DNA of 64,000 nt from an uncultured Clostridia bacterium (GCA_934155625.1 CAKPHD010000002.1:57-64056); one strand, 5' to 3'. Shown: positions 8,395-19,468, numbered from the stretch's first letter. A program made the numbers and translations. Notes: generated by a model from the letters alone, not told the origin.

Positions 8395-11300
8395 TTATGG
8401 TGCTCTCCATACTTGAACATTGCTGTTTCCATTATAATAACTCCAGCAATCATAAGCTCGACCAATTGGTGGTGTACCATCTGAACCAACAACTCCACAA
8501 TTTTGGTCATATACTTTATTCCCTCCTGCATATATAAGTATATGATTTCCATAGTCATTAATAACATCTCCTGGTTGTATTTCACTATGAGATACTTGGT
8601 GCCATCCTGCTGCTTGTAGCATATCAGGCACACCTCCTGAACCAGTATAATTATAATTATATGCATTTATTTGGCTTTCAGTTAAAAGTCCTGATTTATA
8701 TAAAACAATAGAAACATATGTTGCACAACATGCATTTGGATATTTACTTGCAGCTTCTATATCTCCATGTGTCAAATCAGTTAATGAATAATGTACATTT
8801 CTTCTAATCATATCATTCATTACTTCTTCACATGTACTTAATACATCTCCATTTCCAGTTGGTTTTGATAAATTCTTAAATTGATCATAATATTTTCTAG
8901 CAGCTTCTGTTCTAACAGACATTCTTGTAATTCCCGGTCTCTCAAAAGACCAACAAAATGCAACTGCTGCATCCTCTGGTGAAGAGGCATTTCTCCAATC
9001 TTCTGCTGAATATCCATTATAAGTTACCAATTGATAATTAGCATATCCATTTGCTCCTCCTCCAGGTGTAATCTCTGCTATTAAAAATTCAATTTGTGTA
9101 TTTATATCTGATGGTTCTTTTCCCTTTGATTGTGCATACTGTTCTAGCTGAGTTCTTCTTCCATATGACCATTGGCAAAGTCCAAATCCTATTCCATTCC
9201 CACCTTCAATAATACTTGCGTCAAATCCTGATTCAGCCTCTATATTTCCTAAAACTCCTGCTGCAGCTTCTTTACTATATCCTGCATCTAATACTGCAAA
9301 CCATACTTTTTCTTGTATTGAATTACCATAAATACCACTTGTTTTTGAAAATGATGATAAAGAATATTCTCCTTCATAATCAAACTGTAAAACGCCCCAA
9401 GGTATATTAGTTGCTTTATAAATCAGGTATTTAGTTAAATCTAATAAATTAGCTGTTTTTTCATTGTCTTCTATTATTTGAAATAAATAACCAGCTGTTC
9501 TAACTCTAGCATTCATACTATGTTTATTATATAAATCTATAAATATACTTTCTCTACCTTCTGTTTTGTATTCACCTTTTTCATAAGAATTATAAATCAT
9601 ATGTGTCTTAGTTATCTGATGTTTATAAATATTATAAGAATATGTTTTTTCTACATCTTCCAATTTTCCTTCATCATTTTTTTCTTTAACTGTATATTTT
9701 GCAGTAAATGGACTTCCTTCTACTGTTTCATCTGCCGATTGAGATGTATTATTTGTCTCAGTTACCTTACCTGGTACTGAAACAATCTTTTCATCTTCAT
9801 TTCCTAGTTCTAATACCGCCTTGCTATAACTGTTCTCTTGATAAGTTTTTACACACCATGTACTTACATATGTTAAATTTACACTTGTACTAACACTCTC
9901 TGTTTGAGTATTTTTGGATGATGTTTGCACCCAATCTGTATCAAACTCATCTACACTAGCATCAGTTTTTTGTTCAATTATTTCTGTTTTATCTGTTGTT
10001 GTAACATTATCTTGTACAGCAATAACTATTTCTGAATTTTTAATTACTTCATCTGCCAAATCATTTGAAAATTTCTCATAATCAGTATCCATATAAAAAT
10101 ATAATAAATATTCATATGGCATTGTATATTTAGATAAAGCAGTCTTTAAACTCATTGAATTGTTGGTTTTCAACTCTATTGTTCCATCTTCTTTTTTATT
10201 CCAAGTAACAATTACTAAATTTCTATTTTCATCTATTGTATACGAACTTAAGGCCTTGTCAAAATTATTGTTGTTAATATATTCTTGTAATTTTTCTGGT
10301 GTAACATATTTCATATTTATAATTTTAGATTCAACACTATCCTTATATGTTGTTTTTTCATTTTCCGTAGCCGTACGGCCTGTATGGTCAGCTTTAAAAT
10401 ATTCGTCTATACTTTTTACAATAGCTTGTGCATATTTATCTACTCCATCACTTGCAATAACACTTGCATCTGGATCTTTATTTAAATTTCCTCCAATCGC
10501 AACTACTGATGGAAATCCAGTTATTGCTGCATTTTCTATAATACTTAATGAAGCACTTTTTCCATCATCACTTTTACATTTATCTGCATCTGATCCTGAC
10601 CCTAGGTTTTCAAGTCCCATTGAAGTTGATAAATTATTTGATAATATTTCTGCAAGTTGTTGCGAAATATCATCTCCTTCTTTATATATTGTCTCAACCC
10701 CTGGAGTATCTCCATCTCCAAAATATATTTGTATGCACAAATTAGGATTTGCTCTTCGCGTTTTTTCAGCTCTATTTTCTGGTTTCACTTTATCAGGATT
10801 ACTTGATGTACTTCCTGTTTGAATTACTTTTATGTTAGAATATTCTCCAAGTAACTTTTCTACTTTTTCTGCAACTTTAATTGTCAATTCCTCTTCAACT
10901 AGATTTTTTTCATCATTTACCACACCTAAGTCACTTTCATTATTTCTACCAGCAGCTATTGCAATCACATATTCTTCACTATCTTGTCCTATTTTTTTCT
11001 CTTCTTTTCCTGCTCTTGATGTTACAGTCGTTACTTGTGTAACATTGCTTTTTTTAGCACTTTTAGTATTTTCAGATGAAATCGCAGTTACACTTGCTAA
11101 CTTTAAATACCCATTTAATCCATCTTTTGTATCTACTTCTACATATACAGTTACTTCTTTCGTAAGTGGGTCCGTAACCTTTTCATATTTTCCTTTATAT
11201 GTAACTATATCACCTTTTTGTAATTTTATCTCATCTGTTAGACTTCCCTCTTTCAACATTGGTGAAAAATATCCTAATCCTTTAAAATTTTCATAAAGAG

Positions 11301-11445
11301 GTGTATCTATTGGAACTACTTTTAACTCTTGCCCTTCTTTCATCTTTTCTAATCTATTTACATCATTTCTATTATTTATTTCTACTGGTTCATCAACCTT
11401 ACTTTGTTCTATAGTTGAAGTTTCTCCCTTACCTGTATTTTTCAT
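8395..11445 (-). CDS. Multidomain cell-wall hydrolase (SH3-like + amidase_3-like + lysozyme-like + CHAP/NlpC-P60-like), VirB1/TcpG analogue
   Basis: Amidase-like segment VIAIAAGRNNESD...NLCIQIYFGDGDTPGVETIY. GVLGNIEAESGFDASIIEGGNGIGFGLCQWSYGRR resembles tail-lysozyme-type glycosidases. C-terminal CCATYVSIVLYKSG...GNHILIYAGG resembles a Cys-His CHAP/NlpC domain. Confidence 0.75.
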   Translation of the reverse strand: MKNTGKGETSTIEQSKVDEPVEINNRNDVNRLEKMKEGQELKVVPIDTPLYENFKGLGYFSPMLKEGSLTDEIKLQKGDIVTYKGKYEKVTDPLTKEVTVYVEVDTKDGLNGYLKLASVTAISSENTKSAKKSNVTQVTTVTSRAGKEEKKIGQDSEEYVIAIAAGRNNESDLGVVNDEKNLVEEELTIKVAEKVEKLLGEYSNIKVIQTGSTSSNPDKVKPENRAEKTRRANPNLCIQIYFGDGDTPGVETIYKEGDDISQQLAEILSNNLSTSMGLENLGSGSDADKCKSDDGKSASLSIIENAAITGFPSVVAIGGNLNKDPDASVIASDGVDKYAQAIVKSIDEYFKADHTGRTATENEKTTYKDSVESKIINMKYVTPEKLQEYINNNNFDKALSSYTIDENRNLVIVTWNKKEDGTIELKTNNSMSLKTALSKYTMPYEYLLYFYMDTDYEKFSNDLADEVIKNSEIVIAVQDNVTTTDKTEIIEQKTDASVDEFDTDWVQTSSKNTQTESVSTSVNLTYVSTWCVKTYQENSYSKAVLELGNEDEKIVSVPGKVTETNNTSQSADETVEGSPFTAKYTVKEKNDEGKLEDVEKTYSYNIYKHQITKTHMIYNSYEKGEYKTEGRESIFIDLYNKHSMNARVRTAGYLFQIIEDNEKTANLLDLTKYLIYKATNIPWGVLQFDYEGEYSLSSFSKTSGIYGNSIQEKVWFAVLDAGYSKEAAAGVLGNIEAESGFDASIIEGGNGIGFGLCQWSYGRRTQLEQYAQSKGKEPSDINTQIEFLIAEITPGGGANGYANYQLVTYNGYSAEDWRNASSPEDAAVAFCWSFERPGITRMSVRTEAARKYYDQFKNLSKPTGNGDVLSTCEEVMNDMIRRNVHYSLTDLTHGDIEAASKYPNACCATYVSIVLYKSGLLTESQINAYNYNYTGSGGVPDMLQAAGWHQVSHSEIQPGDVINDYGNHILIYAGGNKVYDQNCGVVGSDGTPPIGRAYDCWSYYNGNSNVQVWRAP

Positions 11446-11986
11446 TTCTCCGAAGTGACTTATTTGGAGTAACTCTTCTTATACTAATAGCTCCTTGAAA
11501 TCCGTCCTTAGAATCACTTGGTATAGAACCTTTTAAATCAGGAAATTGAGTGATTATCTCTGCTTTTAATATCTTCTTTAAAAAATTCACATCTTCAGGC
11601 AAATTATGATATTCAGCTGATTTATTATACTTTTCTATAATTTTTTCTAATTTTTCATCAATTCCATCTACAAAATCTAAATAATATCCGTTTTTTTCAT
11701 CACCTTTTATTTCTACAATTTCTGATACATCATCTATCTCCAATGACTCATACAATAACTCTGGATTGTTTTTGGCTGTAAATAATTCTATTCCTAAATC
11801 AATTAGTCCATATATTATTAATCCTGCAGATGCTGCTAATATTACAGGTCCAACAATTGGAATAGCTGCAGTTACTAAAGATGATAATGCTTTAAAAGCA
11901 GTATTTTTTACTGCTTTTTTTGCCTTTTTCTCTATTTCCTTTTTAGTTTTTTCTTTAAAATTATTTATTATTCCCAAATATTTCAC
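11429..11986 (-). CDS. Membrane protein of T4SS island (185 aa), unknown function
   Basis: ORF with one long hydrophobic segment (AAIPIVGPVILAASAGLIIYGLIDLGI). Its end overlaps the hydrolase start by 17 nt. Confidence 0.5.
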   Translation of the reverse strand: MKYLGIINNFKEKTKKEIEKKAKKAVKNTAFKALSSLVTAAIPIVGPVILAASAGLIIYGLIDLGIELFTAKNNPELLYESLEIDDVSEIVEIKGDEKNGYYLDFVDGIDEKLEKIIEKYNKSAEYHNLPEDVNFLKKILKAEIITQFPDLKGSIPSDSKDGFQGAISIRRVTPNKSLRRNEKYR

Positions 11987-11991
11987 CTCTT

Positions 11992-12927
11992 TTACATATT
12001 AGCTTCAAATTTTTCAGCTTCTATGTTAGCATTTTCAGCATATTTCTCACTATCTACAATATCTGTAAAATTAATGCTTTTTATTTCTAAATTTCTTCTA
12101 TTAGCAACATTAAATTTTATTTTAATTGTTTTCATTTCATATGCTTCAAATTTTAAATCTTCATCTTTATTTTCATATAAAACTGCTTCAAATTTATTAT
12201 TAGATTTATCTTTAGCATAACAAGTATTTGTTTTTCTTCTTGTATCCAATAATATACTAAAATTATTTTTATTTTTTATACTTAATGTATATACTTGATA
12301 ATCTAAATATTTATCAACATTTATTACTTGTACAGATAAATTATCATCTTCTGTTTTTTCATTTATTATTTTTCTTCCTAAATAACTATTTAAATTTAAT
12401 TTACATTCTTCACTATTATTATCAATAGTAACATATTCTTCTACATAATTATTATTTGTCTTTCCTGTTGTAATCATATTATCAAATATTTTTACTTGAT
12501 AAATAAACAAATTATCTGAGCTTGACCAAGATTGAAAAGAAAACTGCTTATCTCCATCAAATTTATCTTTACAATAATTACTTTTAAATATCTCTTCAGT
12601 TTGATAAAATACTTGTTTTGTATCATCTGATACCATGCTATATGCTCTATGCCAATCCTGTTCTATACAATATGTAAAAAATTGGTCTATAAGCTTTCCG
12701 AAATCTTCACTATAACTATTGGATACACTCCCACCATTAACCATCGATTTACTCTCATTATTATAAGAAACAACATTAGATGTTGTTTCTTCTTTATCAT
12801 TAGTATTCTGTTTATTCTTAAAACTGATATTTAAACTTCTTATAATTGCTAAACCTAATATTATGGCTAATATTATTGTCCATACCTTTAATCTATTTTG
12901 ATTATAGTATTTCCATAATTTATACAT
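11992..12927 (-). CDS. Membrane-anchored protein (311 aa), possible VirB8-like component
   Basis: N-terminal TM (VWTIILAIILGLAIIRSL) plus a soluble domain. Function inferred from operon context only. Confidence 0.5.
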   Translation of the reverse strand: MYKLWKYYNQNRLKVWTIILAIILGLAIIRSLNISFKNKQNTNDKEETTSNVVSYNNESKSMVNGGSVSNSYSEDFGKLIDQFFTYCIEQDWHRAYSMVSDDTKQVFYQTEEIFKSNYCKDKFDGDKQFSFQSWSSSDNLFIYQVKIFDNMITTGKTNNNYVEEYVTIDNNSEECKLNLNSYLGRKIINEKTEDDNLSVQVINVDKYLDYQVYTLSIKNKNNFSILLDTRRKTNTCYAKDKSNNKFEAVLYENKDEDLKFEAYEMKTIKIKFNVANRRNLEIKSINFTDIVDSEKYAENANIEAEKFEANM

Positions 12928-12971
12928 AACTTTCTCCTTCTAAATTAACAATTTTAATTGTTATTATTTGG

Positions 12972-15437
12972 TCATCCATTTGGATTTCTCCTATTTGTTC
13001 GATTCATACTGTAACGTTCTCCTCTTTCTTTTAATCCTAAAGTTTCAGTATATAATTTCCATACCTTATCCTGGTTGCTTTCACCATTGACTTTTGTTTT
13101 TATTGTTTCTTGCATTGAATTACGTTTTTTCTCATCTAGCACATAATCTTTTCCATAATCTTTTGTCATATTAACAATATCAATCATGTTTTCATGTATA
13201 TTATTATCATTACTATATTTTTTCTCCATTGTTAATCCATTTTCAATCTGTTTATCATCTGTTATTCCTGCTTTTTTATAATCAAAAGCTAAATTCATTA
13301 ATTCATCAGCACTAACATCTTGATTTGTTTTTTGTTGAATTCTTCCTGCCATCTCTTCATATTTTTCTTTTTCAGCCTTATCATTTAAGAATTTAGTCTT
13401 TGCTCTTTCATTCTGTCTTTCATCTGCTAATTCCCTAGCTCTTCCTAAACCATATTGAGCCTTATCTCTCTCGTAATTAAAGCTTTCTCTTGCATTATTA
13501 ACTCCTTCTGCAACATTTACACCTGTTCTTATAGCTCCTTCTGGAAGATTTGCAAAACTTTTTCCAATAGATGCTCCAGCTATTGCACCAGCACCAGCAA
13601 AAGTAGCTGCATTTTTTAGGTCACCTGTTGCAACACCTGCTGCTAAACCAATCATAGCACCACCAGAGGCACCCAAAACTTTTGAACCTATTTTTGCTCC
13701 TTTGTACATTACATTTCCTGCCTTTTTTATTCCTTTTATCGTCATATTCTTAGCAAATTTTCTCTTCCAATTATTATTTGGAGTATTAATATTTCTGTCT
13801 ATATTATTAATATCTGTTTGTTCTTGATGTGGTGGTAAATTTTGATCTATCTCATCAACTTCTCTTTGAGCATCTAACCTGTTTTGTTCAGTTTCATTCT
13901 CATCATTTGCCATATCTTGCCATACTTGTCTATCCTCCAGCATTCTTTGTCTTTCATCATTTGGATCTTCATCATTTGGATTTTCATCATTACCAAAAGA
14001 TTGTGCAAAGTCTCTATCTTGCATTCTAATTCTACTATCAGATTCATCACCATTAGTCCCTGAATCTGATGATGATTTTCCAGAATTTCCACCAGATTTT
14101 CCTTTTCCTAATGCTTTAGCAACATTATTTAATCCTTTCATTGCTAGTGCTCCTCCAGCAAAAGATCCAAATCCGCTAGTTGTTTGAGCTCCATCTAAAT
14201 TAAACATTTTCTTAATAAGTTTTTCGGCCGGTATTAAAAATCCAATTGCAACCAATCCATATATAAGATTATTTTTTACTAAGTCCATTGCAGATGAAAC
14301 TAAAGCTGTATATAAAATTAAATGTACTGGCTGTAATATTAAATGCGTAACATATTCTTTAAACCACATGTTAAATGCTTGTGCTTTTCCGTCACCTACT
14401 TTATCTATTGGATATGTAAGTGCAACTAATGGTGCAATCATTGTTAAAAAGGCCATATATAAAAACCTTTTAAAATACATTACAGTAAATACACAAGTAT
14501 AAATAACCAATACAATATACAATAAAGAATATGCAAATGTATTATATAAGCTTTTAGATTGCGCACTAAATCTTACATATCCTATAAGATTTGTATGAAA
14601 AGTTTTATTACCTGAATCAACTTTAACCACAATAGAATCATTTGCTGTATTATCAAATAAATTATTAACTTGATCTGTTATCATCAATAATCCTGACATT
14701 ATATAATGTATAAAAAATACTAAACATAATGCAACTACCCAATTTTGTAAATTTTCTTTATATTTTGCTTTATCTTCTGCTGTTGAACTAATAACTATCC
14801 TAATTCCTAAATATATTAATACTGATAATAGTCCTACTATCGCTATATTTCTAAATGACATGTACCAACTTGCTATTTTTTGTTGTAATCCATCTTCACC
14901 TGCCCCAGACTTAGCAGCATCTTGTGCTTTATCATCAGAAGAAACTGCTGTATATTTATTAGGATTTAAAAAGTTAACATCTAATGCTGCTATATTATTT
15001 GAAAATATAGCTTCTGGAGAATATAGAAAGTTTGGAATTTGGTAAGAATCAACCCATGGCATAAATTCAGATGTATTTATTGTTCCATCACCAAATTCAA
15101 AATCAACCTCCTCACCATCATCAACATGTAACCATGAACTAGGATTATCTATATTAGCATCATTCCTATCTAACATTGCTGAAGAAAAACCTGTCCCAAG
15201 CATAAATTTATTAAGTGCTCCCATTATTATATCTGCTATAGCATCAATTACTTGAATAAGCTGTTTTAATAAAGTTCCACCTATAGTTCCACCTGAATCT
15301 GGTAAATCTTTTTCATTTACTACTTCTACAGCCCAAACAGTATAATTGGGAACAATTGCAAAACTTAATGTTAATATTATTAATAAACATACCAATATCT
15401 TTCGTGCAATACTATTTTTGTTCATTATAAATTTCAT
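12972..15437 (-). CDS. VirB6/TrbL/TcpH-like polytopic membrane protein (821 aa) with long charged/Gly-rich C-terminal region
   Basis: At least 6-7 hydrophobic helices in the central part. Size and position immediately after VirB4 resemble TcpH-type VirB6 analogues of Firmicutes systems. Confidence 0.55.
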   Translation of the reverse strand: MKFIMNKNSIARKILVCLLIILTLSFAIVPNYTVWAVEVVNEKDLPDSGGTIGGTLLKQLIQVIDAIADIIMGALNKFMLGTGFSSAMLDRNDANIDNPSSWLHVDDGEEVDFEFGDGTINTSEFMPWVDSYQIPNFLYSPEAIFSNNIAALDVNFLNPNKYTAVSSDDKAQDAAKSGAGEDGLQQKIASWYMSFRNIAIVGLLSVLIYLGIRIVISSTAEDKAKYKENLQNWVVALCLVFFIHYIMSGLLMITDQVNNLFDNTANDSIVVKVDSGNKTFHTNLIGYVRFSAQSKSLYNTFAYSLLYIVLVIYTCVFTVMYFKRFLYMAFLTMIAPLVALTYPIDKVGDGKAQAFNMWFKEYVTHLILQPVHLILYTALVSSAMDLVKNNLIYGLVAIGFLIPAEKLIKKMFNLDGAQTTSGFGSFAGGALAMKGLNNVAKALGKGKSGGNSGKSSSDSGTNGDESDSRIRMQDRDFAQSFGNDENPNDEDPNDERQRMLEDRQVWQDMANDENETEQNRLDAQREVDEIDQNLPPHQEQTDINNIDRNINTPNNNWKRKFAKNMTIKGIKKAGNVMYKGAKIGSKVLGASGGAMIGLAAGVATGDLKNAATFAGAGAIAGASIGKSFANLPEGAIRTGVNVAEGVNNARESFNYERDKAQYGLGRARELADERQNERAKTKFLNDKAEKEKYEEMAGRIQQKTNQDVSADELMNLAFDYKKAGITDDKQIENGLTMEKKYSNDNNIHENMIDIVNMTKDYGKDYVLDEKKRNSMQETIKTKVNGESNQDKVWKLYTETLGLKERGERYSMNRTNRRNPNG

Positions 15438-15452
15438 TCTTTCCTCCTCAAA

Positions 15453-17411
15453 TTAAAGATTACCTGTAATTCTTCTTTTATTTACTAGCTTATTTAAGTT
15501 TGTTTCTACAAACTCAAATTCTTTCTGAGTAGGAGTTATTTGTAAAATTGCAGACTCGGCACCGACTTTTAACAATCCTTCACCTTTTCCACATGTTACT
15601 AAAAATCCTGCTTCACCTTCACTTAACTTAAATACTTCTTTTAAATATTGTATTTCTGATTTATCTTGTGCTAAAAACAATTTTGTATCTGAAGATGTAA
15701 GTACCGCCTGAGCCTCTGGTTTTTCATAGAAATCCTGGAATCTCTGTGAAACAACAGCAAGTGAAACATTCCTTTTTCTTGCACGTCTAGCCATTGTGTT
15801 TAAAAAGTCTACGGCTTCTGGATATGGAAGCAACATCCAGGCCTCATCAACAATTACTCTTTTCTTTGTAGCCTTGCTTCTATCTTCACTATTTTTCTTA
15901 ACAAATTTTTCCCATATCCAAGTTAAAAGAATTTGTTGTGCTAGTGGTCTAGCAAATTTTTCTTCCAATTGAGATATATCCAAATTTATAAATGGTGCTC
16001 CCTCAAGTAATTCAAATGTTGATTGCCCATCAAAATAAGCCATCTGACCATTATACTCTCTTATATATTGTTTCATTACTTTCAATAAGTAACTATAATG
16101 ATATCTATAATCTTCATTCATATTATCTTGTGCTTTAGCTTGTATTCTTTTATACCAAGAGCCAATCGTTGGCATTTTTTTCTTCTCTCTATATAGTTTT
16201 TCTCCTCTATTAAAATTTCCTGTAGCTTCATACAAACTATTAGGATTACTTGTTATTCCTAATGCTGCATATTCTTCTGCAACAGACTCAGCTATAATCT
16301 GTTTTGTTAATTCATTTACTTCTGCACTTCTTGTACTTCCTCTTGCCATTGTTAATAATGCTTGTGTAACATCTTCTACTTTGTTTTCAACATTAAGTAC
16401 CAATCTTTCTTTTCCTGTTATCTCATCTTTTGCTGTTTCTGTTTCTATATCAAATAAATTGATAACTGTTTTTGATGTCGGACTAAGAACTACATTTATT
16501 CCTCCTAATGATTCTGCTACTATTTCATACTCACCTTCTGCATCAAGTGCCAAGCTTTCAATTCCCATTAATAATGATGATCTACTTATCAATGTCTTCA
16601 TTGTTACTGATTTACCAGCACCAGATTTTGCAAATATAACCATATTATAATTAGTTAGTGAACTATGAAAATTATCAAATAGTATAGGTGTTCCTGTTTG
16701 TTTGTTAAAACCTAATGGAATTCCTGTTTCATGTCCAACTTCTGATGTAACAAATGGAAATATTGTTGACATTGACCTTCTATCAAATGTATGTATTTTT
16801 TTTACCTTATCATCCATCAATGGTAAATTTGATTTAAATGCATCTTCTTGCATTGCCCATGCAGTCTTAATTCCAACTAATGATTTCGACATTTCTGTTG
16901 CAAGTAACTTTGTTAATCTATCTAAATCACCTAAATTGTATGTAAATATTGTTGAAACTATTGATGCCTCATATAATTTATTAAACCCTGCAGCTATTTC
17001 ATCCCTTAGTTGCTCAGCTTCAAATCTTTTTTGTGTCAAATTACTTTCTCTGTTTATATTTCCTCTATCAACTGCCACAATTCTTTCTGTCTCAAGTTCG
17101 TTTATGACTTTATTAAGTTCACTTTGAGATTTAGCTTCTTGTATTGGATTTATATATATTGATGTATTTATATCTCCAAAGAAATACATATCTCTAAATA
17201 ATTCTGGAAATGTACACATTCTTGGCAATGTTGATACAAAAAAACTTCTAGCATATCTCTTAACATTTGAAATTATTTCCAAATGATCTATATTACTTGC
17301 ATCTATTCCAGAAGGTGCAATTAATTCTTTAATTGTTTGTCTTTTTAATAATTGAGTTTCTTCACTAGGCTGTTGCTTTTTTTCTACCTCTTGTTGTTTT
17401 TTTCTTGCCAT
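15453..17411 (-). CDS. VirB4-type T4SS ATPase
   Basis: Walker A FAKSGAGKSV, Walker B RVIVDEAWML, size 652 aa. GGGAGG RBS 8 nt upstream of the ATG. Confidence 0.85.
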   Translation of the reverse strand: MARKKQQEVEKKQQPSEETQLLKRQTIKELIAPSGIDASNIDHLEIISNVKRYARSFFVSTLPRMCTFPELFRDMYFFGDINTSIYINPIQEAKSQSELNKVINELETERIVAVDRGNINRESNLTQKRFEAEQLRDEIAAGFNKLYEASIVSTIFTYNLGDLDRLTKLLATEMSKSLVGIKTAWAMQEDAFKSNLPLMDDKVKKIHTFDRRSMSTIFPFVTSEVGHETGIPLGFNKQTGTPILFDNFHSSLTNYNMVIFAKSGAGKSVTMKTLISRSSLLMGIESLALDAEGEYEIVAESLGGINVVLSPTSKTVINLFDIETETAKDEITGKERLVLNVENKVEDVTQALLTMARGSTRSAEVNELTKQIIAESVAEEYAALGITSNPNSLYEATGNFNRGEKLYREKKKMPTIGSWYKRIQAKAQDNMNEDYRYHYSYLLKVMKQYIREYNGQMAYFDGQSTFELLEGAPFINLDISQLEEKFARPLAQQILLTWIWEKFVKKNSEDRSKATKKRVIVDEAWMLLPYPEAVDFLNTMARRARKRNVSLAVVSQRFQDFYEKPEAQAVLTSSDTKLFLAQDKSEIQYLKEVFKLSEGEAGFLVTCGKGEGLLKVGAESAILQITPTQKEFEFVETNLNKLVNKRRITGNL

Positions 17412-18570
17412 CTGCCTTACCTCCCTCTTTTGTACTTTCTTTGTCTATTTTTTCTATTGCTTTATTTTTTACTTCTTGTCCCAAATATTGTTCATTGTTT
17501 TCTATTATTATTTTAGCCATTTTAGCAATTAAGTCTTCCATACTATATTCTTTTTCTTCAACTTTCTTCTCTAACTCAGTTTTAGCTTGTTCAACTTTTT
17601 CATTTGCTAAATTAATAGCTTTTTCTTCTATTTCTTTATCTAATTCTTGCATTTTCTTTTTCAATACATCTGGAGCAGTTGAATACATTTCATCATATCC
17701 AGCTCTTATAGCTTTTTCTAAACCAAATGTTTCTGCTTCGTCTCTGTTATAGGCCATATATAATAATTCTAGTAATTCATTTGATTTTAATATTTTTCCT
17801 CTTACACCACATACTGATATAGAGTTTATCAAAGACTGTGCTCTTGTATATAATTCTGAAAAAGCAATTCCTTCTATTTCTTTTTTATCTAGATTCTCCC
17901 CATTAGCTTCAGCAGAAAGATATGGTATTATGATATAATATTTTTTATTTAATATGTTTTTATTTAAACTCATTTTCTCTGTATCTTGTAGAATTGACTT
18001 ACCATATTCATATAAATTTGTTTGTTTGGTAACTTCATAAAATGCTTTTTTTAATTGTTCTTCTGAATAATCTCCTGATTCTTTCATTTGATTATATCTC
18101 ATTTGCATATTTCTTAATTTCATTTCAACATCTTTTACTCTATCTCTATATCTAACTAAACTACCTTCTAAATTGATCGATCTAGTTTGAATATACATTT
18201 GTATCGGATATCTTAAAGTATTTAAGAATTGTACAAATCCTTCTTCAACACCATTTTTCTCCATCCCAGACATTAAATCATAATTAATTCCTTGGCATTC
18301 TATTACCATCAAAAATCTTGTACAATTTTTTTGTATTATCATATTATCTTCAATTTTATCAAAATCCATAAAATTAAAAATAGATTGTTTATTTTGATTT
18401 TTTGAATTTTTATCAATTGATTTTACATCTTGGCTATCTTCTTGTTTTTGGTTTTTATCTTTAAAATATAAATATACTAAAAATCCTATTAATCCTATTA
18501 CCGCAATTACAACTGGCACTAAAATAAAAATAAGAACTTGTACTAATTGTGAGGTTATTTCACTATTCAT
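17365..18570 (-). CDS. Membrane-anchored protein preceding VirB4 (401 aa); shares a domain with the 36493-37029 product
   Basis: N-terminal TM, then IEDNMIIQKNCTRFLMVIECQGINYDLMSGMEKNGVEEGFVQFLNTLRYPIQMYIQT. This aligns with LEKGIIKIEKNKYIKILKIIPINFNLKTQLEKESILNSYKIFLKTCNFDMQILIQS of module B. Confidence 0.55.
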   Translation of the reverse strand: MNSEITSQLVQVLIFILVPVVIAVIGLIGFLVYLYFKDKNQKQEDSQDVKSIDKNSKNQNKQSIFNFMDFDKIEDNMIIQKNCTRFLMVIECQGINYDLMSGMEKNGVEEGFVQFLNTLRYPIQMYIQTRSINLEGSLVRYRDRVKDVEMKLRNMQMRYNQMKESGDYSEEQLKKAFYEVTKQTNLYEYGKSILQDTEKMSLNKNILNKKYYIIIPYLSAEANGENLDKKEIEGIAFSELYTRAQSLINSISVCGVRGKILKSNELLELLYMAYNRDEAETFGLEKAIRAGYDEMYSTAPDVLKKKMQELDKEIEEKAINLANEKVEQAKTELEKKVEEKEYSMEDLIAKMAKIIIENNEQYLGQEVKNKAIEKIDKESTKEGGKADGKKKTTRGRKKATA

Positions 18571-18910
18571 TTAAATTTTCCTCCTTTGTATATACATATA
18601 ATTTTTTATTATTTTTTTTAAACTTTATGTATCTTTTTATTATATCATCTATATTTTCTCCACCTGTTTTTCTAGTAATTTCTAATCCTGAACCATCTGG
18701 TATTTTAAACATACCTATTGCATATCCAATAAATGCAAATATTAACGTTATTACAATACCTACTATGGTCAATCCCAAAAGTTTAAATATAAAATAAAAT
18801 ACTAATCCAACAGCTCCTCCAATACATGTAGTTATTAGTGACTTTGTTGAAAATATAAATAATATTCTTCCCTCTCCTTTTACATTTCTTGGTAAATTAT
18901 ATGTTCCCAT
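18563..18910 (-). CDS. VirB3/PrgI-like small membrane protein (115 aa)
   Basis: MGTYNLPRNVKGEGRILFIFSTKSLITTCIGGAVGLVFYFIF..., two TM helices, positioned upstream of the VirB4 genes as in Gram-positive T4SS operons. Confidence 0.5.
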   Translation of the reverse strand: MGTYNLPRNVKGEGRILFIFSTKSLITTCIGGAVGLVFYFIFKLLGLTIVGIVITLIFAFIGYAIGMFKIPDGSGLEITRKTGGENIDDIIKRYIKFKKNNKKLYVYTKEENLNE

Positions 18911-18952
18911 ATCTTCCTCCTTTGTTTTTTCTACAATTATCTTATTTTATTA

Positions 18953-18997
18953 TAGCAAAAAAAATCGATAAATGGAAGTATTTATCGATTTTTTTTG
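18953..18997 (-). terminator. Hairpin terminator/attenuator after the pilin gene
   Basis: ATCGATAAA / TTTATCGAT stem (18964-18989) flanked by an A-run and a T-run. Sits between the first gene (pilin) and the rest of the operon. Confidence 0.55.
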
Positions 18998-19016
18998 AAT
19001 ATTTTTTATTATATAA

Positions 19017-19379
19017 TTATGAATTTAAACCTGTTGCAAATTTGTAGATAACATTTGCAATTGTAGATGCTGCAAATATCAAGATTGCACCAACCAAATA
19101 TGGTATCATTGTTTTCTTATATTCAGCTTTTTCTTCTGCTGAACCCATCATGTATTTTATACCTAATATCATTAATACAATTACTGCAATAACTACTCCT
19201 GCTACATTAATAACCCCCATAACATTTTGACCTAATGTTTGTACTTCTGAAGTTCCTGTTGCTTGTGAATTTGCCTTTAATCCTCCTGGTTCTAATCCAT
19301 ATACAACAGATGCTCCCATAGATACAATCAATAATATTGTAGCGATTGTTGTTAATATCTTCATTGTTTTTGTGCTCAT
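19017..19379 (-). CDS. VirB2/TrbC-like pilin precursor (120 aa)
   Basis: Signal-peptide-like N-terminus, then two hydrophobic helices joined by GIKYMMGSAEEKAEYKK. Strong AGGAGG RBS. First gene of the operon. Confidence 0.6.
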   Translation of the reverse strand: MSTKTMKILTTIATILLIVSMGASVVYGLEPGGLKANSQATGTSEVQTLGQNVMGVINVAGVVIAVIVLMILGIKYMMGSAEEKAEYKKTMIPYLVGAILIFAASTIANVIYKFATGLNS

Positions 19380-19468
19380 TTAATTCTCCTCCTTTTTTTC
19401 GATTATTTATTATAATCTGGTTTCTCCAGAATGTAAATAACTAAAATTAAATCTAGCTTTCTTCTTTA

